64,000 bases of DNA from an uncultured Methanosarcinales archaeon (GCA_964632045.1 CAZWBB010000002.1:12907-76906); one strand, 5' to 3'; shown: positions 26,886 through 36,672, counted from the stretch's first letter. Numbers and translations: made by a program. The notes: generated by a model not told the origin, from the letters alone.

Positions 26886-27602
26886 CTACACTCCGTTTTG
26901 TTCGCAAAAAACTTTAAGCATACCTAGCCCCACCGGGCCGCTTTTCTCTGGATGGAACTGAGTACCAGTTACGTTTGCTTTTTTCACAACAGCGCAGAAC
27001 TCTTGTTCTCCATATCTACACACTGCCACTGTCTCCTCCTGATTTCTTGGGATGGGAAAAAGGGAATGCACAAAGTAAACATTACTTCCTGGTTCTGTCT
27101 TCTCAAGCAGGTTGCCGGCCCATACACCAAGGGGAGGAGGATTGCTTTTGGAATGCAATTCATTCCAGCCCATATGAGGAATCTTATAGCCTTGGATTAG
27201 GGCTTCGTCCGGTGGTTTGAAGTGGACGACTTTCCCTGGTATCAGGTTAAGGCCTTCATGAGTTCCGAATTCTTCACTCTCAGAGAAGAGCATCTGCATA
27301 CCAAGGCATATTCCAAGTAGTGGCGTCCCGCAACGGATTTTCTCTTTAATCGGCTCCACTAATCCGCGTTGGCGGAGTCCGCTCATCCCATCTTTGAACG
27401 CTCCGATACCAGGTAGGATCAGGCAGCGGGCAGCATAAATCTCTTCAGGGGTAACAATAACCTTGGTTGTTTTCCCGAGTTTCTGGAATGCTTTGCTGAC
27501 GCTCTTTAGATTGTTGATACCGTAATCGATTATGCTAATGTCTGGGAGGCTGCTAGCTAGTGATCTTTCATGATTCTTATCTGTAATTTGGTTATTAATC
27601 AT
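26886..27602 (-). CDS. HisH-like glutamine amidotransferase (WbuY type)
   Basis: IIDYG, PGIGAF, GICLGMQ (catalytic Cys), HMGWN, QFHPEKS. Confidence 0.9.
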   Translation of the reverse strand: MINNQITDKNHERSLASSLPDISIIDYGINNLKSVSKAFQKLGKTTKVIVTPEEIYAARCLILPGIGAFKDGMSGLRQRGLVEPIKEKIRCGTPLLGICLGMQMLFSESEEFGTHEGLNLIPGKVVHFKPPDEALIQGYKIPHMGWNELHSKSNPPPLGVWAGNLLEKTEPGSNVYFVHSLFPIPRNQEETVAVCRYGEQEFCAVVKKANVTGTQFHPEKSGPVGLGMLKVFCEQNGV

Positions 27603-28375
27603 TTTCTAGATGCGATTCCCCTGGTTGATAAGTGGTTCTTTATTTCAGATATTGTGTTCTTGTTGTAATGTAGAAGGGAAGCGATAGCAATGGAGTCCAC
27701 GGAGCATTCTTTCATACACAGGGATATGTCCTCTAAGCAGCCTGCTCCTCCAGAGATAACTATGGGAATCGCGACTGCGGATGCAACCTGGTTGACTATT
27801 TCAAGGTCGAAGCCTTTCTGTGTGCCCTCCTGATCAATTGAGGTTAGAAGTATTTCACCAGCTCCCCTGCGCTCAATCTCTTTAGCCCACTGCACAACGT
27901 CCAAACCGGTCCTTTCTCTTCCATTGTCTGTATAAGCTTCCCACTTGCCATCAGCGACCTTTTTTGCTTCAATTGAAGCGACGATGCACTGCGAACCGAA
28001 CATCTGTGATGCTTCATCAACAAACTCTGGTTTTTTTGTCAGCGCCGTGTTGATGGCAACTTTATCTGCACCTGCTTTGAGGAACTCCCTGATATCGTCC
28101 AGTGTTCTAACTCCTCCACCTACGGTGAAAGGGATGAATATTTTATCTGAAGCCTCATGCACGACATTCAGCAGGTTGTCTCTCCCATAGAGGCTGGCGA
28201 CGATGTCAATATAGATAAGTTCATCTGCCCCTTCCAGGTAGTATTTCTCTGCAAGCATCCCTGGTTTTCCAACAATTCTCAAGCATTCTAGGTGTACACC
28301 TTTGATTACATTAGGTCCTTTGACGTCCAGTCTGGCGATCACCCGTGCTTTTTTCATCTTCAAATGCAGGTCCAA
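27599..28375 (-). CDS. HisF-like cyclase subunit (WbuZ type)
   Basis: ARLDVKGPNVIKG, PFTVGGG, AGADKV, GAGEILLTSID, SGGAG. Confidence 0.9.
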   Translation of the reverse strand: MDLHLKMKKARVIARLDVKGPNVIKGVHLECLRIVGKPGMLAEKYYLEGADELIYIDIVASLYGRDNLLNVVHEASDKIFIPFTVGGGVRTLDDIREFLKAGADKVAINTALTKKPEFVDEASQMFGSQCIVASIEAKKVADGKWEAYTDNGRERTGLDVVQWAKEIERRGAGEILLTSIDQEGTQKGFDLEIVNQVASAVAIPIVISGGAGCLEDISLCMKECSVDSIAIASLLHYNKNTISEIKNHLSTRGIASRK

Positions 28376-29169
28376 CCCCCATCGACCATGAAAGTGGTTC
28401 CCGTTATGTAGGACGCTGCGTCCGAAGCAAGAAAGAGAGCTGCTGCGGCAATCTCATCTGCTTTTCCCATTCTTCTCAAAGGAGTCCTCTGTTCGTAGCT
28501 TTTTACAAAAGTTGGATTTTGATTATCAAAGATACCCCCAGGACAAAGACAATTGACGCGAATACCATACTTCCCATAATACGATGCAGCGTAGCGGGAG
28601 AAGTTTATGGTTCCTCCTTTTACAGCGGCGTATGCTGCCGGGCAGGTCATTTCTGTTCCTGAATAAACTTCAAAATCCGGACCTACAACACCATAAGTTG
28701 AACCAAGGTTAATGATGCTCCCTTTTACATTATGCTCTTTCATAAGTTCAGCCACACGTACTGTGAGGAGACAATAGGAATTCATCTGGGTATTTACATT
28801 CTCCTGCCAGGAAGAAGCTCGGACATTTTCTACTTTATTACCCCAATCGTCAGTGCGGGGATAGGCCGTGTTCACCCAGACATCTATCAGGCCCACATCT
28901 CTGAAAATTGTGTCTAGGCGATTTTTGTATTCTTCTGTTTTTGTGACGTCAAAATGAATAAAAATGATGTTAAGACCTTCCGCCATAGATTCTTGTTGAA
29001 AGCGAGCCCCATTTTCCACTGAAATATCTAAAACTAACACTTTTGCACCAGCTTGAGCAAGGGCTACAGCAGTTTCTTTTCCTAGTAATCCCAAACCTCC
29101 AGCGACTACTGCTACTTTACCATCAAGTCTGAATTTTGTGAGATAATTGTGTCTGACGGTGCCGTTCAT
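28360..29169 (-). CDS. SDR oxidoreductase (PtmA-like)
   Basis: AGGLGLLG, NTAYP, STYG, YAAVK, NCLCPGG. Confidence 0.88.
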   Translation of the reverse strand: MNGTVRHNYLTKFRLDGKVAVVAGGLGLLGKETAVALAQAGAKVLVLDISVENGARFQQESMAEGLNIIFIHFDVTKTEEYKNRLDTIFRDVGLIDVWVNTAYPRTDDWGNKVENVRASSWQENVNTQMNSYCLLTVRVAELMKEHNVKGSIINLGSTYGVVGPDFEVYSGTEMTCPAAYAAVKGGTINFSRYAASYYGKYGIRVNCLCPGGIFDNQNPTFVKSYEQRTPLRRMGKADEIAAAALFLASDAASYITGTTFMVDGGWTCI

Positions 29170-30863
29170 GGTTGAAAAAATCCCCTCTCAGTTAAAAATT
29201 CAATGAATTTGAAATCCAGTTCGTTGTCAATATCTACCGCTGAAATTTGATCCATAATATGGATGGCAGTTTTTTTTGAGGATAATACTGAATCGTTTTT
29301 TTCATCAAGCAGAAACTTGCGGTCGAAGAAATAGATTGAAGCATTAAGGTCATATGTCTTCGGAGCATCCTGTCTCCTGAATACGCCCTCGGCCGGTTTT
29401 TTGGAGACTTCAGCATAACCTTCTTTGTTGAGTTCAACCATGTTGAAATACGGGTTCTTGCGTGCTTCTACTACTGAGAAGAGGACATCGGCTTGTTTCT
29501 CCAAAAAGGTTTTCATACATTTGTTCAGGTCTTCTATTGTTCTCACTGGGCTGGTCACATCAAGATCGATAATAATATCATATGTTTCTCCATACTTTTT
29601 TTCACATGAACGCAAAGCATGCCTAATCACGGGGACTTTTCCGATAGTGTCAGTAGCCAGTTCCACTGGGCGAATGAAGGGCACTTCTGCTCCATGCTTC
29701 AGTGCTGTATCTGCAATTCGGTTAGAATCAGTAGAACAGATGATTCTTTTTGCTTTTCCCCATCTCTTAGCTGTTTCGATCGTAAAAGAAATCAGGGGCT
29801 TACCAGATAACTCTCGGATATTCTTGTCTTTTACTCCTTTGGATCCTCCCCTGGCACAGATGGTGATCAGGATGTTCTTAGGGGCTACCATTGCAGTCTT
29901 TATTACATTTTCATTCACCAGCCCTTGTTCATTCACACTAGATACAATCTTAAAGACATCAAGTGCTTCATCCAGACCATTCATTATTGATTGATTTCCT
30001 AAGTTTGAAAAAAAGTACTTCAGTTGGGAGAGATACATCTCATCCCTCTCAAAGTCAAATTCAATCACTTCCTGGTTGTCAGGCTCCCGTATTATTGTGA
30101 TTTTGTTGGATATAAGGTCTGCAACTATTGTATGGTCCAAGAAATCCAATATGATCTCACGGCGGTTTAATCGGCTATGAAAATCTATATGCAGATTGCA
30201 TCTTGTTCCATTGGCATTGAATAGAACGTCGGCGAAGTCATTAGCATCTACAGTCACATCACTCAATTTCATTGCGTTCACTTTAGTATCTTCTATTTTT
30301 CCCAACAGAAAATGCAGATAGTCGAATTCATGGGACAGTTCCATTATGACCCCTCCCCCCCGACCTTTGTACGCGCTGTAATGTTGCAGATGGTCGATTC
30401 CAGGTCTCCAATCAGGTAGGTATGAGGATGCGTTCACTTTCACGTGAAGTGGCCTGTTCTTCTCCAAGTCCTCCTGCAAGTGTTCTTTCAACCAGCGGAT
30501 AACCGGATGAAACCTAAGGCAGTAAGCAACGTATACTGTTATTCCTTGCTCTTTGACAATCCTGGAAAAATCACTGATTTTTTCCATGGAGTGAGACAGT
30601 GGTTTCTCAATGAACAGATGAATCCCTTTTTTTGCACAGAAAGACGCATATTTGAGATGTTTATCCGTTGGGTTAGTTATGAAAGCGACGTCAGGAGATA
30701 TACTATCAATTTCTTCTAAAGCAAATATCTCCTTAATACCCAGCTGGTTTGGTTCAGCCTTTGGATCGGAGCGGAAAGCGTAGAGATCATAATCAAAGTG
30801 CTGCTGGAGCAGCCTGGCATGTCGTTGTCCGATGGATCCAAGCCCAAAAAACAGGATTTTCAT
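29166..30863 (-). CDS. Gfo/Idh/MocA oxidoreductase + CMP-nonulosonate synthetase (NeuA/LegF) fusion
   Basis: GLGSIG and FIEKP, then ICARGGSKGVKDKN, STD, TSPVR, DIDNELD. Confidence 0.9.
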   Translation of the reverse strand: MKILFFGLGSIGQRHARLLQQHFDYDLYAFRSDPKAEPNQLGIKEIFALEEIDSISPDVAFITNPTDKHLKYASFCAKKGIHLFIEKPLSHSMEKISDFSRIVKEQGITVYVAYCLRFHPVIRWLKEHLQEDLEKNRPLHVKVNASSYLPDWRPGIDHLQHYSAYKGRGGGVIMELSHEFDYLHFLLGKIEDTKVNAMKLSDVTVDANDFADVLFNANGTRCNLHIDFHSRLNRREIILDFLDHTIVADLISNKITIIREPDNQEVIEFDFERDEMYLSQLKYFFSNLGNQSIMNGLDEALDVFKIVSSVNEQGLVNENVIKTAMVAPKNILITICARGGSKGVKDKNIRELSGKPLISFTIETAKRWGKAKRIICSTDSNRIADTALKHGAEVPFIRPVELATDTIGKVPVIRHALRSCEKKYGETYDIIIDLDVTSPVRTIEDLNKCMKTFLEKQADVLFSVVEARKNPYFNMVELNKEGYAEVSKKPAEGVFRRQDAPKTYDLNASIYFFDRKFLLDEKNDSVLSSKKTAIHIMDQISAVDIDNELDFKFIEFLTERGFFQP

Positions 30864-30998
30864 CTAACGGTCCCTCTTTGATGATCGTGAAACATTTTGG
30901 CCATTTTGCATTATCAGCCCTATATAAACGTTGCTAAATTATTTTCTTTTTTGTATGACTGTGATAAATAGAAATGTGTACTGTTCTTGTGCATGGAT

Positions 30999-33842
30999 TT
31001 ATCCACTGAACAACACCCTGAAAAGCAGCTCAATATTTTCATCATCAATCAATTTGTGGATGACGGCTACCCGCTTGTCTGGAAGCAGCAGTTCTTGCCT
31101 ATTTGAATATTTGTCACTCCAGAAATCTTGCTCGTTGTCAGCATAGACGTTGCTCTCATGCTCATGGACAGTACTTCCTCCAAACAGAGGCTTTTTCTGA
31201 TATGCGCTCACAGCGATACTGCTCTTATGGTAGGTATTACCAAGCAAAAAAGCGTTTGATGCATCTTTTACAGCAGTGCTTATGTTATTATTGGTGAAGT
31301 AGTTGCTGGACAGTACAACATTGGTCCTTTCACCAATGCTTACTCCTTTGTCAGAGAAACCTTTAAACTGGTTATCTTTTACCAACAGTGTTGAGCCGCT
31401 CATATCTAGACCATCACCATTATTATCTTCGACTGATCCAACAAAAAACCCATTATCTTTCACTACTCCTTCTGTGTAATCTAAGTCGACCTGATCTGCG
31501 AAATTGTCATAAAATTTGTTACGGACAAGTTCGACTTGAGCATACTTGATGTTTAATCCATCATCAGCGTGATTATTACTGATCTCTGAATCGAACATCC
31601 GGGTATCGCACTGGTGAATTGATAAAGCGCCCAGGAAGTATATGCCCTCGATGAGTTTCTCATTTCCATGGGAGATCTCAAGCCAGTCTATGTTGCAGGA
31701 GTCACCTTTTTCGCCCATGACAGCGAATGTAGCAAAGGGCTTTTTTGGTTCGGAAGCGGTGATGATTACTTTATCATCGGCCAGACCCCGGATGTCCAGC
31801 GGGCTGTAGGAGACGACTGAGACGCCATCACCAAGAAGCAGAGTGGTACCACTTTCTATGATGAAGCGGGAGAAACGAGGTACGATGATGGTTTCTTTTA
31901 CTTCATAAGTTCCAGGCAGCAGAGTGAGTATGTTGTTTTGGAATTTCCACTTCAAATGAGGGTGTTTTGTGCTGAACTGCTCAAAACTCATCTCCTTGTG
32001 ACCAGGATAGTGGTTCTCTCCACTGGCAATCTGAAAATGGATCTCATCTTCTTGAAGAATATTTCCCGTCACGTCATTTCTGACTGAGGTGGACAGGTTG
32101 AGGAGTTGCACATCTTCTTTGTCAGCAAGGTGAACTTCTAAAGAATATACCCTTTTTGTGGGATAGAGAAGTTTGTCCAATCCTGCGGCAAACTGGGTAT
32201 CTTTAAAGAGTCCCACTGGTCTTTCTTTTCCATCGCCCAATGTAATGACATCTGAATTGTGTACTCTGAAACTTGATGAGGAGATGATGTTGCCATATTG
32301 GTCTTTTAGGATAGCATCCACCCGGCCAGAGTAGTTGGATGCAAGAGAAAGGTCCATCCGTTCAATTTTCAGCTGGGAGATAGAATCTGGGAGCAATTCA
32401 ATGTTGATCCTGTTTCTTTCAACAAGCACGTTCAGGTACATCTTAGAATATTCCAGATTCATCTTTAAGACTTTGATGTTGGACTTCACTGCTTTTTTTT
32501 CGTATTCGAGAAGGAAACGGGCATATTTGGAGCTGCGTTCTTTCATTTGATAAGAAACTGCATAGGGTGTGTATCGTGAATATGTACTATCCAGTTCTTT
32601 TGTGAATTCTTCTTTTCCATTCATGATGAAATCATACAATTTCTTATTTCTCGCAAATCTGAACTGGTCATTCCTATTTAGCAGGTAAAACAAAGGGATA
32701 GCTTCTTTGCGGTCAAAGTTCATGAAATGTTCAAAGCCTCCATTTAGCAGCCGTAGCTTTCTAATTTCTTCGTTTAGGGGAGCAAAGGAGAATTTACCGG
32801 TAGATGCACTATAAACCAATCGGGGGTTATCTCCCTCTGCGTCATGGATAAACCCCAATATTCGCCGCATCGCTTCATATGTAGCAATCTGTTCAATATC
32901 AAAATAACTTAACACTTCTTTATCATCACCTCTTTCGATAGCCTGAAATAGGTTCTCCAACCGAAAGAAGAGTGCTTGAGGGTTCAGTGAGGTTTTGGGT
33001 TCTTTGACGCTGCTAAGTTCATAGTCAAAATGGGTTATATGGCCAGCATTGTCTTTTACCAGACCATGGTCGCCACCTTTAGCATGATCAATTAGATATT
33101 CATCGCTGCGCATAAAGATCACACAGCTGGAACACTCATTATTTTCCAGGTAGGCGTTATCCAGAAATTCTTGCAGATAATACAGGCCCTGGGTGACTCC
33201 GTTTATCCTTAATACAACTACATCGTCTCTGATGTCGGGCAGACTGAAGTGCTTTGCCAACAACCTTGTTGTGGTTCCTCGAAGGAAGCGGTCTTCGAAC
33301 AGGATAAGGTTGAATTTTTTCATGTTGCTTATATACTTGCCAGTGGCTTTTACTCGGTAAGACTTTTCCTCATCTCTCCAGTGCGAGTTGCTGTCGCCAT
33401 GCAATTTGACTTCTATATCGTAATTTGTTTGTCCAATCCTTAGCTTGGCCGTTCTCCAGGTATTGGATTCGTCTCTATGCCCTTGAGCCACGAAATTATC
33501 TGAAATTTCTTCAAAATGGGCAAGGTCATTGGCAGAAAATTCCAAATCATATATTGGGAGCTCACCATCAAAGAGATTCCTCTTCAGACGGAAGATATTG
33601 ATCATGTCAAGGCGATCGTAATATCGGTCTACACCGTTGGCAAGCATATACCTGAGATCAAGGTCGGTTCTACTGGCGATGTTGTCTGAGAATGAGTATA
33701 TGGAATTGAAGATAGCATAATACTGGAAATTGGTTGTTGTCAGGAAAAGGATCACAAAAAGAAGGCTCAAGTATGCTTTCTTGTGCTTTATTTGTTTGAC
33801 ATATTTGAAAAATGGTCTGATCAACTTCATTTGTTCCCTCAT
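30999..33842 (-). CDS. Membrane-anchored CotH-kinase-like protein with a C-terminal right-handed beta-helix
   Basis: N-terminal TM; KLHGDSNSHW...KSYRVK and INGVTQGLYYLQE are CotH-like. C-terminal repeats DDGLNIKY / DQVDLDY / DGLDMSGS / DKGVSIGE. Confidence 0.75.
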   Translation of the reverse strand: MREQMKLIRPFFKYVKQIKHKKAYLSLLFVILFLTTTNFQYYAIFNSIYSFSDNIASRTDLDLRYMLANGVDRYYDRLDMINIFRLKRNLFDGELPIYDLEFSANDLAHFEEISDNFVAQGHRDESNTWRTAKLRIGQTNYDIEVKLHGDSNSHWRDEEKSYRVKATGKYISNMKKFNLILFEDRFLRGTTTRLLAKHFSLPDIRDDVVVLRINGVTQGLYYLQEFLDNAYLENNECSSCVIFMRSDEYLIDHAKGGDHGLVKDNAGHITHFDYELSSVKEPKTSLNPQALFFRLENLFQAIERGDDKEVLSYFDIEQIATYEAMRRILGFIHDAEGDNPRLVYSASTGKFSFAPLNEEIRKLRLLNGGFEHFMNFDRKEAIPLFYLLNRNDQFRFARNKKLYDFIMNGKEEFTKELDSTYSRYTPYAVSYQMKERSSKYARFLLEYEKKAVKSNIKVLKMNLEYSKMYLNVLVERNRINIELLPDSISQLKIERMDLSLASNYSGRVDAILKDQYGNIISSSSFRVHNSDVITLGDGKERPVGLFKDTQFAAGLDKLLYPTKRVYSLEVHLADKEDVQLLNLSTSVRNDVTGNILQEDEIHFQIASGENHYPGHKEMSFEQFSTKHPHLKWKFQNNILTLLPGTYEVKETIIVPRFSRFIIESGTTLLLGDGVSVVSYSPLDIRGLADDKVIITASEPKKPFATFAVMGEKGDSCNIDWLEISHGNEKLIEGIYFLGALSIHQCDTRMFDSEISNNHADDGLNIKYAQVELVRNKFYDNFADQVDLDYTEGVVKDNGFFVGSVEDNNGDGLDMSGSTLLVKDNQFKGFSDKGVSIGERTNVVLSSNYFTNNNISTAVKDASNAFLLGNTYHKSSIAVSAYQKKPLFGGSTVHEHESNVYADNEQDFWSDKYSNRQELLLPDKRVAVIHKLIDDENIELLFRVLFSG

Positions 33843-33879
33843 TTCTCGTGAGTGATGTGGAGATAAATTGAAAAAAAGC

Positions 33880-34563
33880 TTAATCTCCCAGCTGGCCTGT
33901 GAAAGAAAACATGTTTACTCTACTCACTCCTTTTATTTGCTTCAGTTCTTTCATCAGTTCGTTTTCTTTGCCTCGTTTCATTTTCAGCTCAATTGTAACC
34001 TCGTTTCCGTCATCTGTGGAAAGCATGTTTCTTACTTTGTGTTTCTTGCAGTATCGGTTCAAGATCCTGTCAAAAGTAGCATTCTCCGTTCTTTCTTCAA
34101 ATTTCAATATGAGCATAAATGGGGGACTGAGAGCTAGTTTCTTGCAGAGAACGATGAGTAACAGGCCAATGACTATAGAAGATATTATTGAGAGCTTGTA
34201 AAGCTGAACTCCATTTACAATACCTACGGAAATCGACCAAAAAAGGAAAGTGATGTCCTTAGGGTCTTTGATGGCGCTTCTAAAGCGCACGATGGACAAT
34301 GCTCCAATCATCCCCAGAGACAAAGCAAGGTTGCGACTTATTCCAAGCATGATGACTGCTACGACCATGGAGACGATAATCAATGTCACATTGAATTCTC
34401 GGGAGTAGAGTACCCCGGCATAGGTTTTACGGTAGACAAGGAAAATGAAAAGTGCCGTCAGAAATGTTATGAAAAGGCACAGCAAGATGTCCTGGGTTGT
34501 CAGACTGCTCCTTGTTAGAGAGTTGATCCCTTCCAGGAAATCATTCACAGTGAATTTTTGCAT
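33880..34563 (-). CDS. DUF4956 membrane protein
   Basis: NLALSLGMIGALSIVRFRSAIKDPKD signature, TM helices, C-terminal ACT-like soluble domain. Confidence 0.88.
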   Translation of the reverse strand: MQKFTVNDFLEGINSLTRSSLTTQDILLCLFITFLTALFIFLVYRKTYAGVLYSREFNVTLIIVSMVVAVIMLGISRNLALSLGMIGALSIVRFRSAIKDPKDITFLFWSISVGIVNGVQLYKLSIISSIVIGLLLIVLCKKLALSPPFMLILKFEERTENATFDRILNRYCKKHKVRNMLSTDDGNEVTIELKMKRGKENELMKELKQIKGVSRVNMFSFTGQLGD

Positions 34564-34611
34564 TTTTCAATCCCTCCTTTGTATATCTTGCAGTACTGAC
34601 TCTCCCTGGTC

Positions 34612-35310
34612 CTATGCGGCATATGAATCGCCTCCTGTCTCGATCCTAGAGAGACAGTATTTGCTGATAGCGCTTCTGGTCGAAGTCACAATCCCCAGCG
34701 CATCTTTTATCCAATCAGGAAGATAATCATTATATTTTACTTCCATGATCACAAGACCTGCTTTTAATATGCTTTTTGGATTGATGGGTTTGCGGAAAAT
34801 GTCAAAGTTACTTATATCGCTGGACAATTCCTGATCAAAAGTTATCCTTATCCGGTTGATGTCGTAAGTGAAGGCTTTTCTAAGGTAATCTACCATGACG
34901 ACCGGCCTGAATGGGTCCCTCTTGAAGTCGCAGTAGATTTTGTTGAGAATCTTGTTGTTGTATTTCAAAAGGGGATCAGCATCACCGTTGATTACGCTGA
35001 GTGCATCCTCTCTGGAGATGATTGCTGTTTCTTTGTTGATTTTTTCTTTAACTTTATTTTTTATTTCGAACTTCACTTTCTGGTCGTCTACAGAGTAGAT
35101 CCTTAACCTATATTTTTTTCTCCGACCTACTCCATACATCTTTTCATAGAAAGCCTTATCATGAAGAGTATCAAAGTAGAGACTTCGTACATGGTAGCAG
35201 CCATTTTGTGAGTACTTATCTGGGGGCAGAAGTGAATCAAGGACATTTACCAATAGTCGATACTCGGGTTGTGAAATATAATATTTTAGTTCGTTACGTA
35301 ATACTTCCAT
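34612..35310 (-). CDS. VTC-domain (polyphosphate-polymerase-like, TTM/CYTH fold) protein
   Basis: RNELKY, RSLYFDT, RKKYRLRIY, FEIK, RITFD, MEVKY, SKY. Confidence 0.88.
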   Translation of the reverse strand: MEVLRNELKYYISQPEYRLLVNVLDSLLPPDKYSQNGCYHVRSLYFDTLHDKAFYEKMYGVGRRKKYRLRIYSVDDQKVKFEIKNKVKEKINKETAIISREDALSVINGDADPLLKYNNKILNKIYCDFKRDPFRPVVMVDYLRKAFTYDINRIRITFDQELSSDISNFDIFRKPINPKSILKAGLVIMEVKYNDYLPDWIKDALGIVTSTRSAISKYCLSRIETGGDSYAA

Positions 35311-35451
35311 TTTATACTATGAATGTCAGCGTACAATTATTGTGTTTCAAAATTGTAGTCTGAAATTTGTAGCTTGAGGTCACCAAACAGCACAGTTTAG
35401 TGCTTATATATTTTATGGAGGTTTAGTTCTGTTTGTTATGGTTTCAATAGT

Positions 35452-35459
35452 TTTAAATA
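35452..35459 (+). promoter_or_regulatory. Archaeal TATA-like box
   Basis: TTTAAATA about 22 nt upstream of ATG 35482. Confidence 0.5.
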
Positions 35460-35481
35460 ATTTCTAGAGTTACGTCGTTGG

Positions 35482-36672
35482 ATGCATATTGTTCTCATTG
35501 TATCGGCACTCCAGCCTAGCAACAAGGAATCGCTTGCTATCACTACTCTCAACTTTGCTCGTAAGTTAATACAGGGCGGTCATGAAGTGACAATCGTATC
35601 CCGCAATAAGTGGGGTCTTCCTGCTTGTGAAAAGAAGGAAGGTATTACTTTCCTGCGCACAAAAAGAATTGGCAGGTCTGCTGTATTCAACAAGCTTCTA
35701 GCTTTTCCTTGGGCGATAAGAAAGCTTGCTAAGAGGAGTAAAATTGATGTGATTCACGGCTTCAGTGCGGCACCGCTCTTGGTATTGAGGAGCCTTTTGG
35801 CAGCGAAGTTGTTTGTTCCAAATGCCTCTATTGTACACAGCCTGAAATCTTATCCTATCAAGAGAGACGTATCAGTGAAAAGTGGGAGCAAGCTGTGGAG
35901 CAGGCTTGGAGATATTTCATACCGGTTGTTAAATCATGTTGATGCTGTCACTGTCCCAACACGAATCTTTGCAGAAAAGTTGTGTCAGAAGAGAGTGAAG
36001 AGAGAAAAAGTACATCTGGTAAGGTCGCACATAGATTTGAGTAAGTTTTTTCCCCAGCAGAAAGAAGGGCTTAGGCAGAAACATGGTTATTCTGGGAAAA
36101 AGATTGTTTTTAATTATGGGGCAATGTGGGAGATTAAAGGGACAGACTGCCTGATAAAGAGCATTCCTTATGTTATCAAAGAGCATCCAGATACACTGTT
36201 TGTATTTGCTCCCAGGAACTTCGCCCAGGCAAAGCAAAAGTACTTTCCTTTGCTTCAGGAGTTGGGGGTCAGTGAATATGTTCATTTCATTGAAGAAGAT
36301 ATCCCTATCGAGGAATATGTCAACATGGCTGATGTTGTAGCTATCCCTTATCCACATTTAGAAGGAACAGAAGGGAACCCTTCCTGCCTCCTTGAGGCGA
36401 TCGCTTGTGGCACCCCCGTCGTGACCACTTCCATCGCTGAAATAATGGAGGTCTTTGCGGGATGTGCTTTGTTGGTTGAACCGAACGATCCTAAGGCTCT
36501 TGCCCAAGCCGTAAATGTGGTTCTGAGTTGTGAAAGAATGGGGGGGGGAGAGGATCCAAAAAGCGACGGGGTTTGTGTTGAGAAACTTGTAAGTAACGGG
36601 TTGGAGATGGTTGGAGAATATGGTGTAGGTAAAATTACTGATAAGTGTCTGGCAATCTATCGGAGAGTATGA
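35482..36672 (+). CDS. GT4 glycosyltransferase
   Basis: NYGAMWEIKG and EGNPSCLLEAIACGTPVV motifs. Confidence 0.9.
   Translation: MHIVLIVSALQPSNKESLAITTLNFARKLIQGGHEVTIVSRNKWGLPACEKKEGITFLRTKRIGRSAVFNKLLAFPWAIRKLAKRSKIDVIHGFSAAPLLVLRSLLAAKLFVPNASIVHSLKSYPIKRDVSVKSGSKLWSRLGDISYRLLNHVDAVTVPTRIFAEKLCQKRVKREKVHLVRSHIDLSKFFPQQKEGLRQKHGYSGKKIVFNYGAMWEIKGTDCLIKSIPYVIKEHPDTLFVFAPRNFAQAKQKYFPLLQELGVSEYVHFIEEDIPIEEYVNMADVVAIPYPHLEGTEGNPSCLLEAIACGTPVVTTSIAEIMEVFAGCALLVEPNDPKALAQAVNVVLSCERMGGGEDPKSDGVCVEKLVSNGLEMVGEYGVGKITDKCLAIYRRV

Noticed and set aside
26886-28375. hisH/hisF as histidine biosynthesis genes
   Set aside because: They lie beside an N-acetyl sugar amidotransferase with no other his genes; this is the WbuXYZ-type arrangement.
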